From contig JAXHNB010000001.1 of NCBI GenBank assembly GCA_034520945.1, positions 256,001-320,000 of the forward strand: DNA of 64,000 nucleotides, given 5' to 3'. Below the pieces are notes generated by a model. That model searched no databases, was not told the origin of the DNA, and saw only the letters and a program-made list of their open reading frames with translations. The position numbers and the translations under genes are program-made. Shown here one piece after another: positions 1 through 11,260 of this stretch. Numbering within the stretch: position 1 is the first letter of the stretch; each line of letters begins with the position of its first letter. This DNA comes from Trueperaceae bacterium (GTDB taxonomy: Bacteria > Deinococcota > Deinococci > Deinococcales > Trueperaceae).

Positions 1-187
1 TGCGGCGAAGCTGCGGGCGTGCCCTGGCATGGAATCACCTCGCCGTCATGGTAGAGCGGAGGCGCCGAGTTTCACGTGAGCCACCCGGGCTGGCACATCG
101 CACTGCGCGTACCTGGCCGGGATCGGTCACCCGCCGTACGTCTGGGCACTAAGATGCGACTCAGGAGACGAGGGAGGAGGTCGACCG

Positions 188-1597
188 ATGGTGTGTAACG
201 CTCGGTTGTTCGGTGGCTTGGTGGTAGGACTGGGGCTCGTCGTGCCGCTCGCCCTTGCGCAGGGCGAGCCGAGTGGCGCGTACGGCATGTTGGAGTTCGG
301 CTCGAGCGTCGAGCGGCGCATCGCCGGGCTTCCGCAGGGAGGGGCGGAGCTGCTCGTCTTTCACACCTACGTGGTGGAGGTTCCAGCCGGGGTGGACTCC
401 GTCGACGTTGCGGTGGAGGGGTTCGGCCACGACATGGACGTCGCGGTGAAGGTGGGCGCACCGATCGTCGACTACGAGGACGTCGACGTGCTGGACGTCG
501 AGGACACGCTCGATCCGCAGGTCACCGTCGAGGCGCCGGGTGGCACGCGCGTCTACGTCGACGTCCTGAACCTGTTGCCGGCCGAGGCGCGCTATCGCTT
601 GACCGTCACCGCCGCCGACGGTGGGCGCGTGGAGGCCGGAGGTGAGGTTGGCGGAGCGGACGCCGTGGGCGAGGCGGACCGCGAAGAACGAAGGGCGGGC
701 AACCCGTTGGCCGGGGCGAGAACCCCCTCGCGCCCGGCATCGACCCGTTCGCGGGCACCTTCGAAGGCGACGGGCTTCGCGCAGATTTCGAAGCGACCGA
801 CGGGGGGTACGAAGGCACGTTCACCTTGGACGGGGCGCGCTACGACTTGCAGGCGACCGCGGACGAGGAACGCCTCACGGGTCGGTTCCGGAGCGACGGC
901 GACGCGTTCGCGTTCACGGCGTGGTTCGAGGGCGACGCGTTGCTGATCGAGTCCGGCGGAGCACGGTACGCGTTGTCGCCGGTAGGGCCGACCGAGAATC
1001 CCTTGGCGGGGGTGCCTGGGGATGAACCCGCGGCCGGCGCAAGCGCCCCGCCCGAGGGGCGCGGCCCGGTCCTCACGGAAGGCGCGCACGGCACGCTGTA
1101 CGAGGACGACGCGCGCGCATTCCTCGAAGCGCTCGAGTTCTCGCTCCAGCAGGTGGGATACGCCGGGGCCTTCTCCGCGGCCGAACGTGAACAGCTTCTG
1201 CAGGCCATCGCGCAGGCGTACCCCACGCTCGCGCCGGACGAACAGGCGGTCCTGGCGCAGGCGCGGCAGGTGTGGACCCGCGTGCAGAGCCAATTGGCAG
1301 CAGGCGAGCGTGGCCGAGCGCGAACAGTTCGTGATGGGCGTGTTCGTGCTGGCGTTCGGCGAGCAGGCGATGCAGCAGGCCGCGGCCGCAGCCGGCGGGG
1401 CCGGCGGGGGCGGCGCGGGCGCCTCGGCTGCCTGCAGCGACATCGACGCTTGCATCTCGCAGTACGCCGACCCCGGCACGCTGAGCGACACCATGAACGC
1501 GCAGAGCTGCTGGGCCGCGGCCGGATGTTCCGGCTACGACCCCGTCACCAACGACTTCAGCTACGACAGCTACGACAGCTACGGCGACGGCTACTGA
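188..1597 (+). CDS. Secreted multidomain hypothetical protein (PPC-like N-terminal domain, beta-rich middle, helical domain, Cys-rich acidic C-tail); split over three frames by indels near 726 and 1296
   Basis: GGGAGGAGG SD before ATG 188 and a signal peptide ending ALA-Q. Protein-like segments continue successively in ORFs 188..946, 826..1767 and 1022..1597, and an NPLAG linker occurs twice. Confidence 0.6.
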
Positions 1598-1747
1598 CGC
1601 TGGAGCGTCGCGACGGCCGAGTGAGCACGCGATCTGGGGGCCGTGGCGCGGCGAGGCGCACGGCCCCGGCTGTGAGCCGCGTCAAGGACGCGACCGACAC
1701 GGCGCGCGCCTCGACCTATGCTTCGGTGCGCAACATTAAGGAGGATC

Positions 1748-2344
1748 GTGTCGAACCAGCGAGCTAGCAAGCGACGAGGAAAGAACGCGCCAGGCCGGGG
1801 CCGGCGGACCCGTTGGCTGGCGGGAGGTGCCGCGGGGCTCCTCCTCGCCGCCATCGCGGGCTTCTGGGCGATCGGGCTGTCCGGGGGCGAGGGCGGACCG
1901 ACCGACTTCGCGATGGTCGCCTACCAAGGACAGGACGTATTGGGCGGCGACGAGCCCGACTTCCGCGACGTGGTGGGGCAGGGCACGCCGTTGGTCCTGA
2001 ACTTCTGGGCGGCGTCGTGTCCGCCCTGCCGCGAGGAGATGCCCGGCTTCCAGCGGGTGCACGACGAGATGGGGGACGACTTCATCATGCTGGGCGTCGA
2101 CATCGGCCCGTTCGTGCGTCTCGGCACGCACGAGGGGGCGCGGGCGTTCCTGGCGGAGTACGGGATCGACTACCCGGCCGCCTACGCCGTCAGCGCCGAT
2201 GTCGTGCAGGACTACGAGGTGCGGGGCATGCCGACGACCGTGTTCTTCGACGGCGACGGCCGAATGGTGAACAAGCACACCGGCTACATGCCCGAGGCGC
2301 AGCTTCGCCGCGAACTGGAAGGCCTGCTGGCCTCGGCGGAGTGA
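1748..2344 (+). CDS. TlpA/ResA-family membrane-anchored thiol-disulfide oxidoreductase
   Basis: N-terminal TM helix, LVLNFWAASCPPC (CxxC) and GMPTT cis-Pro loop; AAGGAGG SD before GTG 1748. Confidence 0.88.
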   Translation: MSNQRASKRRGKNAPGRGRRTRWLAGGAAGLLLAAIAGFWAIGLSGGEGGPTDFAMVAYQGQDVLGGDEPDFRDVVGQGTPLVLNFWAASCPPCREEMPGFQRVHDEMGDDFIMLGVDIGPFVRLGTHEGARAFLAEYGIDYPAAYAVSADVVQDYEVRGMPTTVFFDGDGRMVNKHTGYMPEAQLRRELEGLLASAE

Positions 2345-2348
2345 TCGG

Positions 2349-3222
2349 GTGTCCCCGATGCTCGTGAAGCGTGTAGGGGGGATCGCCGGGCTGGTGGTGG
2401 CAGCCCTGGGTGCGGCCGTCGTGGGCGCGATGCTGACGCCCGGCAACGTCGGCGCGGTGAACCAAGGGGTCGAGGCGCTCTCCGCCGGCTCGAGCGGGGC
2501 GTTGGACCGCATCGCCTCGCTGCTGCCGTTCGGCTTCGCGTTCGGGGCCGGCATGGTGTCGGCCGTCAACCCCTGCGGGTTCGCGATGCTGCCCGCCTAC
2601 CTCGGTCTGTACCTGCGGGGCGACGCCGGCCCGAACGCCTCGCTCGCGGGGCGCATGGGCCGCGCCGTGCTCGTCGGGCTGATCGTCACACTGGGCTTCG
2701 TACTGCTGTTCGGATTGGCCGGCTTCGCGCTGGGGATCGGAACGCGCTCGCTGGCTGGGGTGTTCCCCTGGCTGGGCCTGGCCACCGGCGTGCTACTCAC
2801 CGATCGTAGGGGCGTGGCTGTGGTTCGGCGGCTCGCTCTACACCCACGTCGGCGAGCGGATGTCCCAGGGCGTGACGGGCCTGGACGGACGCGGGCTGCG
2901 GGGCTACTTCGCCTTCGGCCTGGCGTACGGCCTGGCGTCGCTGAGCTGCACGCTGCCGGTGTTCCTGGCCGTCGTCGGCAGCAGCCTGACGCTGGCCAGC
3001 CTGCCGGAGATGGGCCTGCAACTGGTGGCGTACGGCCTGGGCATGGGCTTCGTGATCACGGTGCTGACGGTCAGCCTGGCGGCGTTCCGCCAGGCGCTGG
3101 TCGACCGGGCCAAGCGCGCGGTTCGCTACGTCACGCCCATCAGTGCTGCCCTCATGCTGGTTGCCGGCGCCTACATCGTGTACTACTGGCTGACGATCGG
3201 TGGCCTGCGGTTGGTCGGGTAG
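2349..3222 (+). CDS. ccdA: CcdA/DsbD-type cytochrome c biogenesis membrane protein (frameshift near 2800)
   Basis: NPCGFAMLPAY motif in ORF 2349..3266 and SLSCTLPVFL in ORF 2860..3222; multiple TM helices; adjacent to the TlpA gene. Confidence 0.82.
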
Positions 3223-3275
3223 CGCTCGCCCCCCGCGTGGCCCGCCCGCCGCACTGGGCGCGCTAGGCTATGCGC

Positions 3276-3800
3276 ATGTCCGATCCCGCCACGGTGCTGC
3301 TCGAAGAGATCGTTGCCGGCCTGCGGGCCCAGAAGGAGCTCGCGGAGCGTGCGCTGCTGCAGCTCGACCCCCATGAGTGGCACGCCCGCCTGAGTGATCA
3401 CGGCAACTCGGTCGCCGTGCTGGTGCGGCACATGGCCGGCAACATGCGCTCGCGCTGGCGTGACTTCCTGCACAGCGACGGCGAGAAGCCGGACCGCGAC
3501 CGCGACGGCGAGTTCGAGCTCGGGGACGAGTCGCCGGAGACGCTGTGGCGCCAGTGGGAGGAGGGGTGGCGCACCGCCTTCGACGCAGTCGAGGCGCTGA
3601 CGCCCGCGGACCTGACCCGCACCGTCACCGTGCGCGGCCGGCCGCAACCGGCCGCGCGGGCGCTGATCCGGCAGTTGGACCACTACGGGCAGCACGTGGG
3701 GCAGATCCTGTTCCTCGCCAAGCACCTGCGCGGGGCGTCGTGGCAGCCGCTCTCGATCCAGGCGCGCCGCGCCCGCGACGCCGCCTCCGAAGAGCGCTGA
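3276..3800 (+). CDS. DinB-like / DUF1572 family protein (probably leaderless)
   Basis: NSVAVLVRHMAGNMRSRW, DGEKPDRDRDGEF and HYGQHVGQI motifs; TAGGCT -10 box 6 nt before ATG 3276. Confidence 0.82.
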   Translation: MSDPATVLLEEIVAGLRAQKELAERALLQLDPHEWHARLSDHGNSVAVLVRHMAGNMRSRWRDFLHSDGEKPDRDRDGEFELGDESPETLWRQWEEGWRTAFDAVEALTPADLTRTVTVRGRPQPAARALIRQLDHYGQHVGQILFLAKHLRGASWQPLSIQARRARDAASEER

Positions 3801-4376
3801 GGGTTCGAACGTCACGCGCGCCCGTCGTGCGCGTCCCTGTGTCCTGGCGAACGATGACGATGAGCCGCTGAGCCTAAGGTAGGCACGTCGTGCAGCCTCG
3901 TTGTGTTCGTCTATCCTGGTTCAGCGCGGTCTCGGTCCGCTTCCTGTTCCTCGTGCTCGTCTCAGGCCTTCCGCAGCTGGCGGTCGCGCTGGAGGACGGC
4001 ACCGGACACGTGGAGCAGCAGGAGATCCGCGCCGTATGGCGCGTGCTGTTCTTCGACCGCGGGCCGACGCCTGCGGGCCCCTCGATCGTCGCGACGCCCG
4101 TCGCCCTTCAGGCGGGGGCCCTGCCCGGACATGCGTCCGCGTTTCAGCGCTGGGAACGCGACCGGGCCTGCTCGGCGCGGCGCGTCGTGGACGGAACCAC
4201 CGAACCAGGTGCGCTCGGACCCTCCAAGCGCGTGATGACCGAGCTCCGTACGCGATCACGGCACGACTCGAACTACGTCTGACGCCGTTCCGTCTCCCGA
4301 CGATTCGAAGGCGCCCGCGCACGTCGGGCGCATGGTAGCGTGCCCGCATCCCGCGGGCAGGAAGGAATGACTTAGC

Positions 4377-4970
4377 ATGACGCAACAATCCACTACAGCC
4401 ACCGTACCGACCTGGGTCAAGTTGGCCGTCGCCGTTCTCCTCGTCCTGTCGCTCTGGGCCTTGTTCTCGGCCCGTTCGGCCACCTCGACGGCGAACGACA
4501 ACCAACAACGCCTGCAGGTGCCCGAGATCCAACTCAGCCTCGTTCCCGGCGCCCCCGAACGGTTCCCGGACGCGTTCGAGGAGGCCGTGGGCGATGCGGG
4601 CGCCGAGGAGTTGGACGTAGACGCCCTGAACTGGGTGACCGTCCTGGTTCGGAACGTCGGGGGCGCCGACGCCGAGGACGTGATCCTCGAAGGTCGGATG
4701 CTGGGGGCCGACAGCGTCGAAGCCATCGGGGAGACGTCCAGTTTCCAGGACTTCGAAGTCGCGGTGGAGGAAGGCGCGTTGCAGATGACGCTCAACGACG
4801 TCGACGCCGGCGAGACCGGGCGCGTGTTCCTCGGCTTCCCCAATGACGCGCTGCCCGAGGAGGTCGTCGCGAACTGGGCGGCGAATTACCAGCTCGCCAT
4901 CGATCGCGTGATCGCGCGGGAGGAAGACGGGGACGAACCGATGGTCACGCTGTTCGGCGCCGCCATGTAG
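4377..4970 (+). CDS. Hypothetical membrane-anchored acidic protein
   Basis: SD-like GGAAGGA, N-terminal hydrophobic helix, GC3-biased codons, D/E-rich; no family recognised. Confidence 0.65.
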   Translation: MTQQSTTATVPTWVKLAVAVLLVLSLWALFSARSATSTANDNQQRLQVPEIQLSLVPGAPERFPDAFEEAVGDAGAEELDVDALNWVTVLVRNVGGADAEDVILEGRMLGADSVEAIGETSSFQDFEVAVEEGALQMTLNDVDAGETGRVFLGFPNDALPEEVVANWAANYQLAIDRVIAREEDGDEPMVTLFGAAM

Positions 4971-5001
4971 CGCCGAGCCGCCGCACGCCTTCGCCGTACC
5001 C

Positions 5002-5035
5002 GCGATGGGCCCGATCGACGCGTCGGGCCCATCGC
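5002..5035. terminator. 13-bp perfect hairpin between convergent genes (possible terminator, no U-tract)
   Basis: GCGATGGGCCCGA-N8-TCGGGCCCATCGC. Confidence 0.45.
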
Positions 5036-5185
5036 TGGTACGTGACGAGGCCTACCCTGCTCTGCAGCGTGCGAGACGTGGTTCGCTGCCGACCACGAAG
5101 TGCGCCACGCCGTAGGTGCCGGGCGCGACCGGGTGGCCGTTCGGCGCGTCAATGTTGGCGGCGTGCATGGCCGAGGCCGGGGGCC

Positions 5186-5815
5186 TCACGCCGGGGGCAC
5201 GTGGCCGCCGGGATCCTTCTCGCCGGCCGTCACCGCGAGCGCCAGGGTGTTTCCCGGCGGGGCCAGGGGGCACACCCAGTCCGGGTGGTAGGCGCACGAC
5301 GGGTTGTAGGCGTAGTTGAAGTCCAGCACCAGCGTGCCGGCCTCGCTGCCCAGGTCGGCGTGCTTGATGGTGTCCAGGAGGTAGCGCCCCCCGCCGTAGC
5401 TCTCCCTGCCGGAGGTGGCGTCGCGAAAGGGCACGAACAGCCCGCCGCCGTACCCGCTCAGCCAGTACGCGTCCAGCGCGTGACGCTCCCCGGTCAGCTC
5501 GAAGGTCAGCCGCGCCACCCGCGCCAGCCGCAGCCGGCCGTCCCGGCCCGCGTCCACCTCCAAGACGGTGCGGTCCACCTCCCCGTCCCAGACGGCGGTG
5601 GTGCGCCAACTCGGGTGGTACGGATGGTAGGGCAGCCCCCGGAAGCCTGGGCGCTGCGCCGCGCTCAGCGGCGAGGCGGGATGCGTGGCGAACAGCCGGT
5701 CCTTCTCCCGACGGAACGCGGCGCAGCGGGCGTCGGGCGGGCTTGCGTCGTCGCGGACCCGCGCGTACATCGCCGCCACCTCCCGGCGGTAGTCCAGTAG
5801 GTCGAGCTCGTCCAC
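5186..5815 (-). CDS. DUF1684 domain protein
   Basis: FVPFRDATSGRESYGGGRYL and LDFNYAYNPSCAY..WVCPLAPPGN signatures; GAGGAGG SD before GTG 5815. Confidence 0.88.
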   Translation of the reverse strand: MDELDLLDYRREVAAMYARVRDDASPPDARCAAFRREKDRLFATHPASPLSAAQRPGFRGLPYHPYHPSWRTTAVWDGEVDRTVLEVDAGRDGRLRLARVARLTFELTGERHALDAYWLSGYGGGLFVPFRDATSGRESYGGGRYLLDTIKHADLGSEAGTLVLDFNYAYNPSCAYHPDWVCPLAPPGNTLALAVTAGEKDPGGHVPPA

Positions 5816-6119
5816 GCGTCCTCCTCGGCGTTGGTCCCGCACGGGCGGGTCGATCGGCGGCCGTGCGCCGCCCACCAGGTTCCCGCCGACCCGCGACGCC
5901 TCCATCATCGCCCAGCCGCGGCCGTACGTGAACGCTTCGCCGCCGCCCAGGCGGTCGCCCCACGCTTCCAGCGAGGGTGCCTCGCAGGGGACGCTCGAGG
6001 GCATGACGCGCGTGCCTTCCTCGTCCGATCCGGGAACGGGCGGCCCGTTCATGACGCGCGGTACCCTGAGCGGGCCCTCGCACGCCGCCGGTGCGGGCTC
6101 GAAAGGGAAGGATCGTGCC

Positions 6120-7472
6120 ATGCCCCAGACGATTGCGCCCTCCCCCTTCCACCTGATGGCCAAGCCCACGGGCGCGATCTGCAACCTCGCGTGCGACTAC
6201 TGCTACTTCCTGTCCAAGGAGGCGCTCTACCCCGGCTCGTCGTTTCGGATGTCCGACGAGGTGCTCGAGGCCTACGTGCGCGGGACCCTCGAGGCCCAGC
6301 CGGGGCCCGAGGTGACCTTTGCGTGGCAAGGGGGCGAACCGACGCTGATCGGTTTGGACTTCTTCGAACGGGCCGTCGCGTTGCAGCGGCACTACCGCCG
6401 GCCCGGCGTGCGCGTCCACAACGCCGTACAGACCAACGGCACCCGCCTGGACGACGCCTGGGCGCGGTTCTTCCGCCGGCACGACTTCCTGGTGGGGATC
6501 TCCCTGGACGGCCCCCGCGAGCTGCACGACGCCTACCGGGTCGACAAGCGGGGCGGAGGCACCTTCGATCGGGTCATGGAGGGCCTCGCGGTGCTGCGGC
6601 GCCACGCCGTCGACGTCAACGTGTTGACCACCGTCCATGCGGCCAATGCGCCCCGACCCCTGGACGTGTACCGCTTCCTCCGCGACGAGGCGGGGGCTCG
6701 CTTCGTCCAGTTCATCCCCATCGTCGAACGGCGCGACCCTGACGGGTTCCAGCGCGGGGAGAGGCTCAGCGATCGCTCCGTCGGGGCCCGCGCCTACGGG
6801 CGATTCCTGACCGCGGTGTTCGACGCGTGGGTGCGCAGGGACGTGGGGCGGGTGTTCGTGCAGCTGTTCGACGAGACCCTCGCCAAGCACGCCGGCGAGC
6901 GCGGCAGCCTGTGCGTGTTTCAGGAGACCTGCGGCGACGCGCTGGCGCTAGAGCACAACGGCGACGTCTACGCCTGCGACCACTACGTCGAGCCCGACCA
7001 CCTGCGTGGCAATCTCCTCCGGGACCGCCTGGCGGATCTCGTCGCGTCCCCGGCCCAGCGCGCCTTCGGCCGCGCCAAGCGTGGTGCGTTGCCCGCCGCC
7101 TGCCGGTCGTGCGAGGTGCGCTGGCTGTGCCACGGCGGCTGTCCCAAGGACCGTGTGGCCCGTACGCGGGACGGCCATCCGGGCCTGAATCACCTGTGCG
7201 AGGGCTACCGCCGGTTCTTCACGCACACCGCGCCCTACATGCGTTTCATGGCGAACGAACTGCGAAACGGGCAGCCGCCGGCGAACGTGATGCACGCCGT
7301 CCGGGCGTCCGACGCGCAGTCCGGAACGGGGCGTCGGTTCGTCGGCACGGCGGCGCGGACCGATGCAGACGTGCGACGTGTGGACGGCCCCGCGATCGCG
7401 GGTGGCGTGAGCCGGAACGCGCCCTGTCCCTGCGGCAGCGGACGCAAGCGCAAGCACTGCTGCGGTTCGTGA
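6120..7472 (+). CDS. Anaerobic sulfatase maturase (radical SAM/SPASM, AslB/AtsB type) with C-terminal SEC-C motif
   Basis: MAKPTGAICNLACDYCYF (CxxxCxxC), WQGGEPTL, CVFQETCG, YACDHYV, CRSC..CHGGCPK, and terminal RNAPCPCGSGRKRKHCC. Confidence 0.93.
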   Translation: MPQTIAPSPFHLMAKPTGAICNLACDYCYFLSKEALYPGSSFRMSDEVLEAYVRGTLEAQPGPEVTFAWQGGEPTLIGLDFFERAVALQRHYRRPGVRVHNAVQTNGTRLDDAWARFFRRHDFLVGISLDGPRELHDAYRVDKRGGGTFDRVMEGLAVLRRHAVDVNVLTTVHAANAPRPLDVYRFLRDEAGARFVQFIPIVERRDPDGFQRGERLSDRSVGARAYGRFLTAVFDAWVRRDVGRVFVQLFDETLAKHAGERGSLCVFQETCGDALALEHNGDVYACDHYVEPDHLRGNLLRDRLADLVASPAQRAFGRAKRGALPAACRSCEVRWLCHGGCPKDRVARTRDGHPGLNHLCEGYRRFFTHTAPYMRFMANELRNGQPPANVMHAVRASDAQSGTGRRFVGTAARTDADVRRVDGPAIAGGVSRNAPCPCGSGRKRKHCCGS

Positions 7473-8726
7473 GCGGCGCGCGGCCCGATCGCGACCGGCC
7501 CGCAGGATCTGTGGGCCCTGTGCGTCGTGTCCGGCGTGTTCATCACCGGCCACGCCATGATCGGCCTGTTGGTGCCGATCGCCGCGGCCCGCGCCGGCGT
7601 GCCGCCCACCGGCATCGGAGCGCTGATGTCGGCGCAGTTCGTGCTGCCGTTCCTGCTCGGCATCCCCATCGGCGGGTGGCTGGACCGGAGCAAGGCGCGC
7701 ACGCCCATGCTGATTTCGGCCGCCCTGATGGTGTGCGTACCGTGGGCCGCCGTGGCGGTGCCGTCGGTGGCCGGTCTGTTGGTGGTGGCGGTGACGGCGG
7801 GGTTGGCGCAGCTCACCTTCGTGCTGGCGGCGCAACGGCTTGTCGCCAGCCACGGCGCCGGGCCGGCCGGCGAACGGGCGTTCGGTTGGTTCAGCACGTT
7901 TCAGTCCGGCGGGCGCATGGCGGGGCCGCTGGCGGCGGGCGTCCTGGTCGACCTCGGCGGGGTCGCCGCCGGCTTCGCGGGGAGTGCCGCGATGTACGCC
8001 GCGGCGATGGCGGGGACGCTCCGCACCCGGCGAGGCCCGTCCCCGGACCGGTCCCACGAGGTCGGGACGTGGCGTGCCCGCGCCCGCGATCAGGCGGGGA
8101 CCCTGCTCGCGAACCCCGGCATGCGCATCGCGCTGGTGGTGAGTTGCGGCGTGCTGATGGTGCACGCGGTGCGGCAGGCCTTCCTGCCGGTGTACCTGGA
8201 GTCCCTGGCGTTCTCCGGGACGCGGATCGGCATGGTGATGGCCACCGTGGGGTTGGCCTCGATGCTGGTCCGGCCGTTCGTGGCGCAGGTGGTGCGGGTC
8301 TTCGGCAGCCGGTCGCGCAGCCTGATCGCGACCGTCGGCTTTGTGGTGGCGGGCACGGCCGCGGTCACCTTCCTGCATGGTTTCGGGCCGTTGTTGGCGG
8401 CGATGGTCGTGGTGGGCGTCGGCTCGGGCATCACCCAGCCGCTGTCGCTGGCCGTGGTCAGTGATCACGTGCCCCGCCGCATGCTGGGCTTCGCGCTCGG
8501 CTTTCGCATGACCGGCAACCGCGCCGCGCAGTTGGTCGCGCCGGTCGCGCTGGGGCTGGTGGCGGAAGCGGCCGGGGTGCATTGGGTGTTCGTCGGGGCC
8601 GGCGCGTTGCTGCTGGGCGGACTGCCGCTGTTGGTGCGATGGCGGGCGCCGTTCGAGCAGGACGAAGGGTCGTTGCGCCAGCGGCGGGCGGACGCGGACC
8701 GGGCCACGGGCGGTCGCGCGCCGTAG
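7469..8726 (+). CDS. MFS transporter (probable indel near the 5' end; long frame from 7527)
   Basis: About 12 hydrophobic segments and a GGWLDR motif-A-like loop; GTGA overlap with the anSME stop. Confidence 0.8.
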
Positions 8727-8840
8727 GGCGAAGCCCCTGTTTTCCACACGACCCGACGTAGCACGACCTTCCGTCCTCGGCGCGAATCGGTGTGTACGCG
8801 CTGGGGGCGCAGGGTGTGCGCAGGAACGGCGACGCCGGCG

Positions 8841-9828
8841 TCAGCCGTCCCGCGCCAAGCGGAAGCCCATGTGCCCGGTGCTGCTGTCGGGCGTGTTGTA
8901 GGTCCGCGCCGCGACGCGGTAGCGGTTGCAGTACGAGGCGTGGCACAGGTACGAGCCGCCCTTGATGACGCGTCCCGGCCCCTCGGCCGGGCCGCGCGGG
9001 TCGTCCAACGGGCCGGGCCCGTGCTGCACGCCGAACCAGTCGGCGCACCACTCCCAGGCGTTCCCGGTCATGTTGGAGAGGCCGTAGCCGTTCGGCTCGA
9101 ACGCATCCACCGGCGCGGTGCCCGCGTAGCCGTCCTCGGCGGTGTCGACCTCGGGAAAGGTGCCCTGCCACACGTTGCAGCGGTGACGGCCGTCCGGGTG
9201 TGAGTTCATCGCCCCACGGGAACAACGCCTGGTGCAGGCCGCCGCGCGCGGCGTACTCCCATTCCGCTTCGCTCGGCAGGCGCTTTCCCTCCCACGTCGG
9301 CGAAGGCGACGGCGTCGTTCCAGGACACGTGCACCACCGGGTGGTCCAGGCGGTTCTCCACGTCGCTGCCCGGCCCCTCGGGCGCGTGCCAGGCGGCGCC
9401 GAACACCTGCCGCCACCACGGGGCGGGCGGCGCGCCGCGCGTGGGGCCGAGCGTCCTCGGGCACGAAGGCGTGGAACACGAACGACCAGCCGAACCGTTC
9501 CGCCTCCGTCCGGTAGCCGGTGTCCTCGCACGAAGGCGGCGAAGCGGCGGTTGGTGACCGCGTAGCGGTCGATCCAGAACGCCTTCACGCGGACGCGTCG
9601 CACCGGGCCTTCGCCGTCGGCAGGGAAGGTCGGCGCGTCCGTGCCCATCTGGAAGATGGCGGACGGCAGGCGCCGCATGTCGGCCGTGTCCGTGTCCTGG
9701 GCCGGCCTACCTCGGGGGGGCGTGGCCACAGGGGCGTCCTGTCGCTCGGCCGGCGCGCCGTGGCGGGACACCGCGCAGCAGGCGCCGTGGTCGTGACCGG
9801 GAGAGGATCCGTCTGCCATGCCGTTCAT
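8841..9828 (-). CDS. Formylglycine-generating enzyme (FGE/SUMF1) family protein; several frameshifts
   Basis: [51 protein letters not shown] and the catalytic [20 protein letters not shown]...GFR, distributed across frames. Confidence 0.88.
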
Positions 9829-9843
9829 TTTCGCACCGTGACG

Positions 9844-11260
9844 TTACGCCCGTTCCTCGCCCTCCATGACCTGCCGCTGTTCGTAGCGCGGCTTCGCAGG
9901 GGCCGGGTCGATGCGGGGTTCGGCTTCGCCCGCCTCCTGCATGCGGGCGGCCAGGCGCGCGCGGAGGTGCGCCGCGACGGATTCGTGCGAGGCGTGACCG
10001 GCCAGGTTGAACAGTTCGTGCGGGTCGTGCGTCAGGTCGTACAGGTAGCTCTCCACGTACCGCTCGGCGCCGGGATCGTGCCACGGGTCGGCGTCGGGGG
10101 CGGTGACACCGTACTTCCAGCGCGGCGTCCGCAGCCCGCGGCCGACCTCGCTCTCGCTGACCTGGAAGAAGACCTCCTGGCGCCAGTCGGGCGATTCGCC
10201 GCGCAGCAACGGCAGCAGGGAGCGGCCCTGCATCTCTGCGGTACGTCCAGGCCGGCGGCGTCCAACAGCGTGATGCTGACGTCCAGCAGGTCGACCAGGT
10301 CGGGCACCTGCCGCCCTCGTCGAAACCGGGGCCGAGGAACACCGCGGGCACGCGCAGCGACGCTTCGTGCCCGGAGCGCTTGTACTCGCTGTTGCGGGTC
10401 TTGAAGTGGTTGCCGTGATCGGAGGTGAACAGCACGACCGTATCGTCCAGCAGTCCCAGGCTGGTGAGGGCGTCCAGGGTGCGGCCGAACGCCTCGTCGA
10501 GGCGCTTGACCATGCCGTAGTAGCCGGCGATGTGCTGTTGCGTGGACCCGCCGAGCGCGGCCAGGTCGGGGGGGATCCAGCGGCCCTCGTAGCGTTCGCG
10601 GTAGCCGTGTGGGGCGGGGTAGCCGTCCACGTGGTTCCGGCGATGCGGCTCCAGGTGGGACAGGAACACGAAGAACGGCTCCTCGCGATGCCGATTCATG
10701 AAGTCGATCGCCGCGTCGGTGAGGGCGTCGACGCGGTAGCCGGGCAGGCGGACGGGGTGCCGGTCCTCGTCGAAGACCACCGTGTCGTAGGCGTCGGAGG
10801 TGAACTCCAGCTTGTTGGCGGCCAGCCAGGTGCGGTACCCGCCACGTTCGTTCTCCGGGACGGGTTCGTGTGCCGCGAGGTGCCATTTGCCGATGTAGCC
10901 CGTCGCATAGCCCGCGCGGTCGAAGCACTGCGCCAGGGTGGGCGTGTCGTGCGTGAGGGGGATGCCGTTGCGGTGCGTGCCGTTGCGGGTGGCGTACTGT
11001 CCGGTCTGCATGCAGGCGCGGGCGGGGCCGCAGACGGGCTGCGGCGTGAAGGTGTGCGTGAGGTGGGTGCCTCTCAGGGCGGCGCGGTCGTAGTTCGGGG
11101 TGAGGTCCAGCGGGTTGCCGTGCGCGCCGGTCGCGTCCCAGCGCTGCTGGTCGGTGAGGAACACCAGCACGTTGGGCCGGTCGCCGCGGCGCCGGGGTGG
11201 ATCGCGCCTGGCGGCGATGGTGAGGCGGCCGTCCTGCAGTTCGGGCACAGGGTCGCTCAC
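9844..11260 (-). CDS. Sulfatase (Cys-type, CGPAR); frameshifts near 10240-10320
   Basis: RPNVLVFLTDQQRWD, PQPVCGPARACMQTG, GYIGKWHL, FTSDHG; C-terminal LYDLTHDPHELFNLA in ORF 9844..10233. Confidence 0.88.

Noticed and set aside
1..53. Possible gene start on the minus strand (ATG at 30, GAGGTG SD, TACCAT box)
   Set aside because: Only 10 codons lie inside the window, so the product cannot be assessed.
3890..4282. 130-aa plus-strand ORF with a hydrophobic N-terminus
   Set aside because: No recognisable motif and overlapped by equally long ORFs in other frames; it may be real but cannot be supported.
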